DNA of 64,000 nt, taken from Leucoraja erinacea (Eukaryota). The notes beneath the pieces are model-generated. The model did no database searches. It worked only from the letters and a program-made list of their open reading frames with translations, and was not told the DNA's origin. The position numbers and the translations under genes are program-made. The stretch covers positions 31,248,001 through 31,312,000 of the forward strand of contig NC_073401.1 in assembly GCF_028641065.1 (NCBI RefSeq), given 5' to 3'. Of the stretch, positions 28,101 through 37,816 are shown in pieces. How positions within the stretch are numbered: the stretch's first letter is position 1; every line of letters begins with the position of its first letter.

Positions 28101-28197
28101 GTCGACATCGGACCAGTCGCAGCAGCTGGCTCTGCAGCAGCAACAGATGTGGCAACAACTGCATCCGCAGAGCATGAGCCACGTGAGCAACACATAG
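1068..28197 (+). CDS. SBNO1: Strawberry notch homolog 1, complete spliced CDS (30 exons, 4038 nt, ~1345 aa)
   Basis: Phase-consistent AG/GT-bounded exons. Translation runs from [24 protein letters not shown] to [14 protein letters not shown], with Walker-A-like [15 protein letters not shown] box and helicase C-terminal motifs ([21 protein letters not shown]); matches recalled vertebrate SBNO1. Confidence 0.97.
2706..3000 (+). CDS. SBNO1: SBNO1 exon
   Basis: [16 protein letters not shown]...[15 protein letters not shown]...TTAA; cag|...|gtaagt. Confidence 0.93.
4308..4346 (+). CDS. SBNO1: Candidate 39-nt alternative in-frame microexon of SBNO1
   Basis: CTTAAC branch-like motif, pyrimidine tract, cttacag| and CAG|gtaagg; phase 1/1 and stop-free ([13 protein letters not shown]). 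Confidence 0.55.
5320..5420 (+). CDS. SBNO1: SBNO1 exon
   Basis: [33 protein letters not shown]. Confidence 0.92.
6813..6906 (+). CDS. SBNO1: SBNO1 exon
   Basis: [31 protein letters not shown]. Confidence 0.95.
7033..7530 (+). mobile_element. CR1-clade LINE ORF2 fragment
   Basis: [13 protein letters not shown]...[12 protein letters not shown]...[10 protein letters not shown]...GFMKGKS, with frameshifts. Confidence 0.9.
7754..7914 (+). CDS. SBNO1: SBNO1 exon
   Basis: [19 protein letters not shown]...[11 protein letters not shown]. Confidence 0.95.
8030..8163 (+). CDS. SBNO1: SBNO1 exon (Walker A-like)
   Basis: [32 protein letters not shown]. Confidence 0.96.
8247..8337 (+). CDS. SBNO1: SBNO1 exon
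   Basis: [30 protein letters not shown]. Confidence 0.96.
9237..9398 (+). CDS. SBNO1: SBNO1 exon (followed by U12 intron)
   Basis: [12 protein letters not shown]...WCGEDFDGV|gtatccttt. Confidence 0.95.
9399..9957 (+). other. SBNO1: U12-type (minor spliceosome) GT-AG intron
   Basis: 5' site GTATCCTTT at 9399; branch CCTTAAC at 9938-9944, 13 nt before the end of the intron; no polypyrimidine tract. Confidence 0.92.
9958..10093 (+). CDS. SBNO1: SBNO1 exon (DECH box)
   Basis: [24 protein letters not shown]...VVYASAT. Confidence 0.96.
10400..11135 (+). mobile_element. Degenerate Penelope-like element (RT + GIY-YIG relic)
   Basis: [30 protein letters not shown] resembles the PLE RT motif LAELVL..NNFSF...GVAMG; VVLYVGES resembles the YIG motif. 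Confidence 0.7.
11140..11630 (+). mobile_element. Old CR1 3' fragment
   Basis: Degenerate GIEYK...LVRPHL and the CR1 3' tail ggccagagggcctgttccttgctgtactgttct. Confidence 0.65.
11720..12262 (+). mobile_element. Rex1/Babar-like LINE 3' fragment
   Basis: [11 protein letters not shown]...KKLQQIVD...[11 protein letters not shown]-type C-terminus and 3' tail caaaagcttttcgctgtaccttggtgcacgtgac. Confidence 0.7.
12309..12414 (+). CDS. SBNO1: SBNO1 exon
   Basis: [34 protein letters not shown]. Confidence 0.96.
12561..12714 (+). CDS. SBNO1: SBNO1 exon
   Basis: [25 protein letters not shown]...AVKL. Confidence 0.96.
13200..13382 (+). CDS. SBNO1: SBNO1 exon
   Basis: WVEAREKF...[22 protein letters not shown]...NGK. 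Confidence 0.96.
13961..14058 (+). CDS. SBNO1: SBNO1 exon
   Basis: [32 protein letters not shown]. Confidence 0.96.
15109..15260 (+). CDS. SBNO1: SBNO1 exon
   Basis: [24 protein letters not shown]...GKKRK. Confidence 0.94.
15781..15966 (+). CDS. SBNO1: SBNO1 exon
   Basis: [12 protein letters not shown]...[16 protein letters not shown]. Confidence 0.93.
17194..17367 (+). CDS. SBNO1: SBNO1 exon (basic NLS-like tract)
   Basis: [38 protein letters not shown]. Confidence 0.94.
17552..17715 (+). CDS. SBNO1: SBNO1 exon
   Basis: [12 protein letters not shown]...[21 protein letters not shown]. Confidence 0.94.
18608..18739 (+). CDS. SBNO1: SBNO1 exon
   Basis: [23 protein letters not shown]...FMNGEK. 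Confidence 0.96.
18822..18957 (+). CDS. SBNO1: SBNO1 exon
   Basis: [20 protein letters not shown]...[13 protein letters not shown]. Confidence 0.96.
19263..19375 (+). CDS. SBNO1: SBNO1 exon
   Basis: [37 protein letters not shown]. Confidence 0.96.
20332..20403 (+). CDS. SBNO1: SBNO1 exon
   Basis: [24 protein letters not shown]. Confidence 0.96.
20688..20787 (+). CDS. SBNO1: SBNO1 exon
   Basis: [33 protein letters not shown]. Confidence 0.95.
22268..22342 (+). CDS. SBNO1: SBNO1 exon
   Basis: [24 protein letters not shown]. Confidence 0.95.
22440..22586 (+). CDS. SBNO1: SBNO1 exon
   Basis: [26 protein letters not shown]...RYDMGIL. Confidence 0.96.
22666..22760 (+). CDS. SBNO1: SBNO1 exon
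   Basis: [31 protein letters not shown]. Confidence 0.95.
23236..23328 (+). CDS. SBNO1: SBNO1 exon (begins with GTAAGT)
   Basis: [31 protein letters not shown]. Confidence 0.94.
23540..23677 (+). CDS. SBNO1: SBNO1 exon
   Basis: [15 protein letters not shown]...[12 protein letters not shown]...KYKK. Confidence 0.95.
24393..24469 (+). CDS. SBNO1: SBNO1 exon
   Basis: [26 protein letters not shown]. Confidence 0.94.
25325..26895 (-). mobile_element. Young 5'-truncated CR1 (HER1-like) LINE, ORF2 RT region
   Basis: [46 protein letters not shown]; a few frameshifts; (CTATTGT)-type tail. Confidence 0.95.
27542..27735 (+). CDS. SBNO1: SBNO1 exon
   Basis: [33 protein letters not shown]...EDGQRIV. 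Confidence 0.96.
28055..28197 (+). CDS. SBNO1: SBNO1 last coding exon
   Basis: [25 protein letters not shown]...HVSNT* (TAG). Confidence 0.95.
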
Positions 28198-30545
28198 TTG
28201 CTGGCCTGAAGCCACTCCAACTGCAAATGGCAGGTGTAGCGCCCTGCGACCTTCACTACTTGCAGGAATTCCCGGTCATGTTCCAAAGAGATTCCTTGAT
28301 TAGTGAAGTATTGATGATACTAGTGACTCTGGGATTGCCTTTAATTAAATCAGAAGAATCTGATTGAATGGGTGAAAGTTGAAGGCCTGGACATTGGGAC
28401 GTCTTTACTGATTTTTCTTCTTTTCCTCCTGAAACTCTGTCGGCACTTTCTCTTCTGACACTAGCTGCTATGACTTTCAACGTCCATTTCTGCCCTTTCA
28501 GTAATGGAGGTGAGTGTGCGCCCATTCTGCACACCAGTCAAATACCTTGCCTTCAACACAACTTCCTATGTCCTGTTCTGTAGCATGAGTGAGGCCATTC
28601 TGTGCCCTGTTACAAGTGTGGGTGCTCTGGTGCTGGAGGCATGTTGAAGGCTGCGTCACTCGCTGAAACCGCCTAGAATGTTTCATCTTAAATACAAACT
28701 TAGTGCAGTAGCAACCCCGTAGGATCTGTCCTAATTCTAGTGTGGGTTTGTTAACCTGCAGTCTTAAAAACTGAACAAACATTTATTCAGGGTTTGATTA
28801 TCATGTATATCCTATAAGCAGGATGTAAATAAGATGCAAAAAATTTGCAAAAATCGCAGCCTATTTAAAAAAAGAGGCAGTATATTTGAAGATTTATGAG
28901 GGCAGAGATCTAATTGCTTTATACAGAAGCTGTTTTGAATATGTTGATATGTTTCCTTTCTCCACAGTATATAATTTCTGGGTAACGATAAACTGTATGT
29001 TCTGTATTTCAGTGTTTCATGGCACAAGCTTAAATTATCTGGTGATTTTTTTTTTTTTTTTTTTATATATTAAAATTCTCAGAACCACTTTATAACAGCT
29101 CCATCATATTTAATCGCTCCCCTGCTATTGGTTACTCATTTTCTTCCATGCAATTTGACCCAACTCTTATAGTTTAAACCACATCCTTCAACAAACCAGA
29201 GAGCAGTTTACACATAAGCTGTCGTTTGAATCATAGTGGAATATTGCAGATGACAGTAATGCATGTCAGCATGGCTGGTGGTGGAAGTTTTAATACTGCC
29301 ACTTGTCGGTCGTGAGAAGTATCAAAGCTTGTAATTCAAGTTAAAGATGTACATCTTGTACTCTTCTGCATACTGACTGATTCATGGTACATTGGTTGCA
29401 CGTTTCACATGCTGGTGAAGCCAATTGCTTAGTCGGGGTATCAAATGTATGAAGGGAGTCTTTGGAGACGACTGCACTGTGTGCGGTGTCCTTAAGTGCT
29501 GTTCACACAATTCAATGCTGTTAAGTATTTAACAGAGTGTCTATATTCAGTTAGTAAAACTTGTACTGTACAGATGTGTATAGTCTCAGCTATGATACCA
29601 ATACTTTGTTTTGACTATAAATAGTTTTGTCAACTTTATCAGAATAGTGAAGGAAGTTTTGCCATTTCATGCTGGCACAAGTTGCACTACTGAAGATACT
29701 CAATTGTTTATAATTGTATATTTAAATTTAGAATTGTCGACAATAAGTTACTGCAAGGCACGAGGCTCTTGCAGCAAGCTATTAATAAATCATATTGTAT
29801 TAATGGAAACCGCTGTAGAATTTTTAAAAGATGGAAAGAGGTGCACACTCCCTATGTGTGTCTGTATAGGAAGGATACAGAGTATGTGTGTGCATGCGTA
29901 TGGGTGTGACTGAACAGCACAAATTATAAAAAAAACAGTATTATAAACTGGTTGTGTCTAAATTCTACTTCTGTTGCCTTGGTGAACAGTGAAGTGGTTG
30001 CAAAATGTCCTCATTTGTCTGATTATGGGGGGGATGATGCTGACAGTCGGATTCCGGTGTTCCTTAGATTTTTATCACCAGTTCTCAAGTGTTTTATTAT
30101 TTGCTGCCTGGTTCCTTCTGCAGTTGGTTGTGTGTGACGTGGGAACATTTGCCTTGAGAATTTAAATCTTATTTGGCTCTGGTTCCCGAGTCACTGTATT
30201 TGTTTTCTCAGTATCTATGGTGCTGGTTCTCATTGTAGTTTTTTTGTCTTTTTAAATTGGGCATTATAAAGTCACCTCGGCTTGTGTGCACTCCACTCAT
30301 TTCAATTCAACATCAAGATTCACTTGACGAATGTCGTTAATATACTTTCTGCTATGTTGGACAAACTAAGAATATTTGGCCTTGGTAATTGTAAATCTTT
30401 ACTCTCCCAGTCTTTTTATGATGCAGTTCAGAGCTCTCGTTAATGAATGATGAATAATAGTTTAATTTCTTCATGTTGGTTTTGACAGCTCACTTCCAAA
30501 CTAACCACTACAATTCTGCAATAAAGTGAGACTTTAGGATCTGTT
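28198..30545 (+). other. SBNO1: Probable SBNO1 3' UTR ending near AATAAA at 30520-30525
   Basis: Repeat-free AT-rich stretch after the stop; AATAAA followed by GT-rich sequence; interspersed repeats resume at ~30690. Confidence 0.6.
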
Positions 30546-30689
30546 GTACAGCGGTGTTGATGTCAACTGGCTGCTTTGTCGTTTCCTCCCTGCAATCCGC
30601 TCCTTAATCCTTAAAAAATTGGGTTAATTGATGTGCAGAGGTTGAGCTGAATTCAAACAATAATAAAGACTAAATGTTATCGGTAAGGA

Positions 30690-30945
30690 GCATCTGGCAG
30701 CCGAGTCTCCTGCTTTGGTGCCAGTTTGACCCAGGTTTGATCCTGACATTGGCTGCTCTCGGTGTGGAGTTCTCAATGTGACCATGTGGCTTTTCTCCCA
30801 CATCCCAAAGAAGTGTGGGTTTGTAGGTTAATTGGCCTTTGTAAATTGCCCTGAGTGCAGGGAGTGGATGCAAAAGTGGGATCATGTAGAACCAGTGAGG
30901 TTGTGGACCTGGTGGGTTGAAGGGCATGTTTCCAAGCTGTATCTT
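30690..30945 (+). mobile_element. Degenerate tRNA-derived HE1/V-SINE-like element
   Basis: Box-B-like ggtttgatcc, then ggagttctc...tcccacatcccaaag...gtaggttaattggc...taaattgccct core. Confidence 0.6.
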
Positions 30946-31968
30946 TAACAGGTGCAGGGAAAAGGATTAGAAAATAGTTGAGAAGAAAAGGATACCCAGA
31001 AATAAAAGTATTAAATGAGGAGAAAAGTTAATGTCATTACAGTAAACCAGGAGCAGCAAGGGGCAGGCAAGTTCCATCTGCACCTTAGAAGCATTCAAAA
31101 GAGAAATAGCGAGTGTTTAGGGCCAACATCTTCCTGTAAGTGTTGTAGTTATAATAAGCTCATGTTTGGAGTGGAATTAGACCATTCGGCCCATCAAGTC
31201 TACTCTGCGGTAGCCACTGGCAGATTGAGCAAGGAATTCTCAAACTAAGCTTTAGTTCAAATGAGTATTAATTCTAGTTACTTGAGACTTTCTGAGGTAC
31301 AATTAATTGCAAATCACATTTGACATAAAGCACAAGACTGGTGAACTGGCTGGCTTCACTTCCATGGGCATTGTAGTTCTGAGTTCCAAATTCGGGATCT
31401 TATGGTTGTTCCTCAGTAATTGCCACCCATGTTCTGGCAGATGGGATGAACCCATGGGATGAATGGTCTCTTACCCATGCTGTAAGAGACTATAATTTTA
31501 GTGATTAATGTGTGGAAAACAGTGTCGGAGGAGGAAGTGGAATCGGATATATTCACAGGTTTAGAGGGATGCGGATGCGGACACAAATGGGCAAAGCATA
31601 ATGTGCTGAATGGGATTAGTAGGTATGGTAAAACAAAAAGGTCAACATGGATATTGTGGGCCGAAGGGACTGTTTCTTTGTCGTACAACTCTGAAGTGAG
31701 ACCACTTTCAAATTTACGGCCCACAAGGCTTGTGGATGTGTATAAATCACCAAAATTATATTGATAAATGCAAATAAATAATGGGATGGGAAGCTTCCCC
31801 GTTGGGAAGGGTCATGTTCCCTGTGTGTGCGGGCAGCGGCGGGATGAGGATTCACCGGGATATCTGAACTCGGGAAGCAGCCTTTGTCTCAAGTTTTTTT
31901 TAAACAGTCGGAGGAGACAACGTGAGTGACGGACGGAGTTTACCGAAGGGGGTTAATTAAACTAACCC

Positions 31969-32046
31969 ATGAAAATAACCAGTTCCCACAATCAGCCGCT
32001 TTGCAGACAAGACCTGAACGCGGCAGCGGCAGAGATGATGATGATG
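31969..32046 (+). CDS. CDK2AP1: Putative CDK2AP1 first coding exon
   Basis: [26 protein letters not shown]|gtgagg; phase 0 matches the next exon; lies at the edge of a CpG island. Confidence 0.45.
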
Positions 32047-35000
32047 GTGAGGGGAGAGGATTCGGCCGGGGTGTGGGCCGGGGCCGGGTGGGTGTGGGGG
32101 GGAGCCGGGGCAGTGAGGGCGGCGGGTGTGGGCCGAGGCCGGGGGGTTGAGGGCGGCGGGTGTGGGGGCCTAGGGGGGCGTGAGGGCGGCGGGGGGGCCG
32201 AGGGGGCCGGGGCAGTGAGGGCGGCGGGTGGGGGCCGAGGCCGGGGGGTGAGGGGGCGGCGGGTGTGGGTGGGGGCCGGGGGTGTGGGGCGGCGGGGTGT
32301 GGGCCGGGGGGGCCGGGGAGTGAGGGCGGGGGGCGGGTGGGGCCGAGGCCGGGGGCGGGAGTGAGGGCGGCGGGTGTGGGTGGGGGCCGAGGCCGGGCCG
32401 GGGGAGTGAGGAAGGCGGGTGTGGGCCGGGGCCGGGCCGGGGGAGTGAGGGCTCGGATCCTCAGCAGATGGTGACCACGGGACGGCCTTCCCGCCCCGGG
32501 CCCGCAGCGGCTGCCGGCGGGGTGGGAGCGGGACCGGCCTGCGGTGCGGTGCGGGAGTCCGGGGGGAGGATGGCGGAGTAACGCTCTCCTGGGGCCCGGG
32601 GATCTGCAGCCTCTGGTGGGCCGCGGCCCCGGGTGGGAGGCGCCGTTTCCCGTCCCCGCCCTCGGGTTGCATCGGCGCCGGGATGAAAGCCGTCCGTCCC
32701 GGGGAGCTCAGTGCCGGCACTCCAAGTCAAGCAGGCCCATCGGCCCAACGTCCAAGCCCCATCTACACTAGTCCCACCTGCCTGTCCTCTAAATCTTTCC
32801 TATCCTTGTCCAAATTACTCTTAAATTATGTTATTGTGCCTGCTGCCTCAACTATACCCTCTGGCAAGTCGCTCCAGTACCCTCTGGGGAAAAAGTTGTG
32901 CCCCAGGTTCTATTAAATCTTTAAGAAGGAACTGCAGATGCTGGAAAATCGAAGGTACACAAAAAAGCTGGAGAAACTCAGCAGGTGCAGCAGCATCTAT
33001 GGAGTGAAGGAAATAGGCAACATTTCGGCCCGAAACGTTGCCTATTTCCTTCGCTCCATAGATGCTGCTGCACCCGCTGAGTTTCTCCAGCTTTTTTGTG
33101 TACCTTCTAGTAAATCTTCCACCGCCTCACCTTAAACCTAACCCCCATAGTTCTTGATTCGCCCCACACTGCATTCACCCTATCTATTCCCCTCATACAT
33201 TACACACCTCTGTAAGATCACCCCCTCAGTCTCCTGCGCTCCAAGGAACAATGTCCAAGTCTATCCCTGTACCTCAGGCCCTCGATTCCTGGAAATAGAC
33301 AATAGGTGCAGGAGGAGGCCATTCGGCCCTTCGAGCCAGCACTGCCATTCAATATGATCATAGTTGATCATCCACAATCAGTACCCCATTCCTGTCTTCT
33401 CTCCATATCCCTTAACTCTGCTATCCCTAAGAGCTCTATCTAACTCTATCTTTCTCTACCAAGAGAAAGCATCCAGAGAACCAGCCTCCACTGCCCTCTG
33501 AGGCAGAGAATTCCACACACTCACAACTCTGTGTGAAAAAGTTTTTCCTCATCTCTGTTCTAAATGGCTTACCACTTATTCTTAAACTATGGCCCCTGGT
33601 TCTGGACTTGTAAACCTTGTCAATCATCTCCCCAAAATCACAGGCCTGCACCAGTCACTTTCTCAGTCCCCGGCTGGTCTGGTTTCATAGTCAACCCACA
33701 CATCATGTCCACTCCTGAATTCTCAATCGTTTAATGTTTCTGCTCTGTGAGCCGACCCTCTCGCTGACCTGTCTCACTCACCCTACCCATTGCTCATTAT
33801 CCCTCCCTGTACCAACTACCCCATCTATCCCCACAATGTGGCCACAATCCACTCATTCTAGCCTCACCATGGCATACCAGCCATCCAGTCACTGACCAGG
33901 CCTCTTCCATCCTGCTGCCAGTAGGCCATGAAATGCAGCCTTGAATGTGGAGCAGCAGAAGCAGAGGGGCCTCCATCATTAACAAGGTCCGTCCTTTTTA
34001 ACCCCACAGCTCTCCACCAAGCCTACCATTCCTTGAGTATCACATAGCCTTAAGTCATCTCAAGGCACATTATCTCCACACAATTATCAGGACTAAATTA
34101 CATGTTCTATTCCACTGCCTATCTTACCAACTCACCGATATTGTCCTGTAGTTTACAACTATCCTGTTCACTATCAACAACACTGCTTACTAGTCATAGC
34201 TCCCATGATATTCTCCACGTCATTTGTTACTGTATGGACCAAGCAACAAGGTGCTAGCACCGACCCCTCTGCTACACACCAGGGTTCCAATAACAAACAC
34301 ATCACCCTCTGCAGTAGGCAGGTGCTATAGACCTACACGGGAAGGTAGACGCTCCCGCCCCCATGAGTCTCTGGCAAATGGGGCTCGTCAGCCTGGGAAG
34401 GTGGTTCATCTAGGAGAAGGAAAACTCTGATTTAAAACCTCCACTGCCTTGTGGCCATATCCAGTCATGGAAAAGGCTCCTGGAGTAAACCTCAAGAAAA
34501 CCCGGAGTCAGAGCCCCTAAGGTAGTTCGTCGTTGTCTACAACCTCGCTCTGGCAGCTCCTGCAACGGCGCTGGTGCCAAACTGTAACGGCCCTGCTATT
34601 CCTTTGGATCGATCAGCGACGTGGAGAGGGGGTACGTGCTGCATGGGCAACAGCCTGTCCTCCATGTGACATTGCCCAGGCTTGCATCTGACCACGCATC
34701 ACCTGCAAACTAGGATGCATCACCCATGGTCAGTCATGACCGAGGGGGGGCTATTACCCTCTGTCCTTACCCTCGTGCCACATTTGGATCCAATTTGCCA
34801 ACTTGCCTTGGATGAATAGACTCTAACATTTTGGACCATGTCAAAGCAAACTGAAGTCCATGTCGACTACACCAATCACACTGCACTTTATTGTCTCTTG
34901 ATGAGATTGGTCAGGCAGGATCTTCCAACAGCGCCATGCTGACAATCTTTGATTCACTGCTGCTGCTCCACTTGACATTCTGGCTCTAGGCAAGAGCAAT

Positions 35001-35669
35001 GCTACTGATCCCACTCTCCAATCTGTTACTGTGTTCTGTTCATTACCATTGTTGGCTTTAGTCACACAACATTTGGGGTCAGTGTGTCTCAGTTTGTAAC
35101 ACTTTGTGTCCTGTGTTAGACAATGAACAGTGGTCGGGCCCCACAGAGTAAATACACACAGCTCCTTGCTATCATTGAAGAATTGGAGAAGGACATTCGA
35201 CCATCGTACGCTGGGAATAAAAGTGCAATGGAGCGTCTAAAAAGAGGTAATTAATTGCACAACTGAAGGAATCTAAACAGAGCTCATTGTTTCAGGCAGT
35301 ATCTGTGGAATGAGAAACGGAAACTGACTGACTGAAATAACCTGTCATGAGAGTTGCTTCCCCGCTTTGGCCTTACCCATTCAACATTTTCTAATCTTTA
35401 TGTGTAATCTTTCTGCGAGTTTTGACTAGAGGTGAATCTTGATGTCACATTAAGAGGTATTGAAGTGAGAACTGATGTTTCTTTGTCAGTTTTTGGAGTA
35501 AAAAATGAACGGTGGTTGCTATTCAGTTATTTGTAGCGTGAGCTTATCTTTATCAACAAGACAAGATAGTCTAATTATTCTCTCTTTATATTTAGGAATA
35601 ATGCGTGCACGAGGATTAGTGCAAGAATGCCTTGCTGAAACTGAACGAAATGCAAGATCACAGTTTTAA
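31969..35669 (+). CDS. CDK2AP1: Cyclin-dependent kinase 2-associated protein 1 (DOC-1), short form ~92 aa: join(31969..32046,35120..35246,35596..35669)
   Basis: [35 protein letters not shown]|[24 protein letters not shown]; syntenic position; first exon is inferred. Confidence 0.85.
32047..32452. repeat. G-rich minisatellite (~33-40 bp unit GTGAGGGCGGCGGGTGTGGGCCGAGGCCGGGGG) in the CDK2AP1 5' CpG island
   Basis: Repeated GTGAGGGCGGCGGG / GGCCGAGGCCGGGG blocks; extreme G-skew. Confidence 0.85.
32925..33107. repeat. Palindromic Penelope-derived short repeat (78-bp arms)
   Basis: 32951-33028 is the reverse complement of 33030-33107 with 3 mismatches. Confidence 0.9.
33295..33610 (-). mobile_element. 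CR1 3' end fragment
   Basis: [24 protein letters not shown]; similar to 25325-25630. Confidence 0.88.
34300..34750 (+). mobile_element. RTE-related non-autonomous element (5'UTR-like motif)
   Basis: CTAGGAGAAGGAAAACTCTGATTTAAAACC resembles a recalled RTE-clade 5' UTR motif. Confidence 0.45.
35120..35246 (+). CDS. CDK2AP1: CDK2AP1 core exon (127 nt)
   Basis: tag|ACA ATG AAC...AAA AGA G|gtaatt; [42 protein letters not shown]. Confidence 0.93.
35596..35669 (+). CDS. CDK2AP1: CDK2AP1 last coding exon
   Basis: (G)[23 protein letters not shown]. Confidence 0.93.
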
Positions 35670-35924
35670 CATGGTTTGAGATTACATGAACTGCAGGTTT
35701 TTCTGCAAGTGCAATTTTCTTTGCCAACCTTTTGTTTTCATTTTTGTACTTGAGCCAAACCATGTATGATTTGTTTCAGGGGAATTCAAAAAATATCGAC
35801 TGAACACAATTTTACTTCTTTACAACTGACAATACTCTTGGTATAACAAAGGCCCAGGTTATGTAGTTAAGTCAATTTATAAATGGCCTTTTGGAAATAA
35901 TATGGCTCCTAATTATGTTCACTC

Positions 35925-36132
35925 TTTAGACTGCACACTAGGGACAATTTACAATTTTTTTTTTTAAACTGAAGCCAATTAACCTACTAGCCTGTACATC
36001 TTTGCCATGTTGGAAGAAACCCACACAGTCATAAAGAGAACGTACAAACTCCGTACAGGCAGCACCCGTAGTCGGGATGAAACCCAGGTCTCTGGTGTTG
36101 TAATGCAGCAACTCTACTGCTGCACCACGTAC
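35925..36132 (-). mobile_element. HE1/V-SINE-like tRNA-derived SINE
   Basis: Minus strand reads gtggtgcagcagtagagttgctgc...ctgggtttcatcccgactacggg...ggagtttgtacgttctc. Confidence 0.7.
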
Positions 36133-37798
36133 TGCCTCTTGCCAGACCAGTGTTAGAGTTGTTTTGTCTATTGGATGCAGGATACAAGAGAAAAAAAAAT
36201 ATTTTGCACATCAGAAGAAACTGGGGGAATAGATCAAGGTTTAATTTCATTGATCTATAGATTTAAGTTTTGCTATTGTACAGAAGTTAAACGCTGTCTT
36301 TGTATTTTCTTGCTGAAATAAAGGTGATTTTTCATACCTCTCCTTTCTTGGCTCTGGGTTGGTACCAGACCAAGCTCACATGATCTGGGTGCCCACTTGA
36401 GTGCAGTGTACCGTTCACACTGATCTTTACTTGAGAAAATGACATTACATTGGGTCTGAACAATGGAGTACCTAATCTTTGCAAGAGCTGTCCTAATAGT
36501 CTGACTTATGTTCCCTATTGTCACTGAATGCTTTCTTTTAAAATTAATTATGAATTAGTAACCACCTTGCATATAGCAAACCCTAACTACTGAATGAGAG
36601 AAATTCCAGCCTCCTTGGATCTTTGGCTGGCGTTTCTGAGCCTGTGATCTGTAAATGGTAGAGGAATTTAATCGTGACAAGTATGAAGCAAATAGGGTTA
36701 GTTCAGATGCAGTAAATCGGAGGGACTTATGAATGCAAAGATCTAGGCATACAAGTCCGTAGTTCCCTGAAAGTGGCAAGACAGGTCGATAGGGTGGTGG
36801 CATAGGGTGGTCCATCAGTCGTGACATAGAACACAAGGGTTTGGATATTATGCTGCTACTTTATAAATTGCTAATTAGATCAAGCTTGGGGTATTGTGTG
36901 TAGTGTCACAACACTATCATTATGCTGGAGGAAGTGCTGAAAAGATTCACCAGGGTGTTTTCTGGACTGGAGGACCAGACATTTAGGAAGAGCAGAATAA
37001 CTGGGTAAGGTGGTTGTGTCGAAGCCCGTGGACAGTAACCACACATCCCAAGGTGCTCTATGTATTTTTGGGGCAGGTGTCGTAATGGAGAGAGAGGTTC
37101 CCAGTCCAAGCAAAGGAGTATTCAGTGTATGGAACTAGGGGATGTGGGCAAGGTCCTGAATGAATACTTGTCAGTATTTACCATGGGGAAGGATGTGGAA
37201 GAAGGTGAGTTCAAGGATGGGTAATACGGAGCAGGTCATCATCTGGGAGAACGGTGATAAATCCACCAGATAATATTGTTGACAATTCATTGCAGCACAC
37301 AACAAATACAATGACTGTGCAACAATACTTATTTGTTGCAATTAGTTCCAAACAACTCAAAAATTCACTTTGTAGTTACAAATAAGAATGTCCCTCGCCC
37401 ATTTTCAGATAGTGTGATGAGGGCTCTTGTATTTCCGCTGCCACTGCAAGCCCCTGATCAGCCGACCTTAAAAACGAGGCTAGTGGTTTAAAGTTCAACG
37501 GTCTAAATCCAAAACACATTACTTTAAGCCATAATGAAATTGCAGCTTATGCTTTATATATAAAGTTGACACAAGGAACTACAAATGCTGAGCAAAATCC
37601 TTGCTGGGGAAGTGTCCCGACGTGACCTGCGCACATTCTGACCAGCTGAGTTACTCCAGCGTTTTGTGATTTTTGTTTTAAATATAAAGTTGTTACAGCA
37701 AACCTACCCTACACAAGACAAATATTGACCAGTCAACAGGTGTCATAATGATCATATATAACTGGACAAAGATACTGATGCTTATAAAGAAATCACTC

Positions 37799-37804
37799 TT
37801 TATT
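37799..37804 (-). terminator. Candidate MTRFR polyadenylation signal AATAAA
   Basis: TTTATT on the + strand, 12 nt beyond the TAG. Confidence 0.45.
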
Positions 37805-37816
37805 AAGATGCTTTAG

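Noticed and set aside
32469-32581. Alternative CDK2AP1 exon after tcagcag| in the CpG island
   Set aside because: The phase-0 frame hits TAA, and the peptide shows no similarity to CDK2AP1 exon 2.
31992-32720. 242-aa proline-rich ORF on the - strand
   Set aside because: It is the antisense reading of the G-rich tandem repeat and is low complexity.
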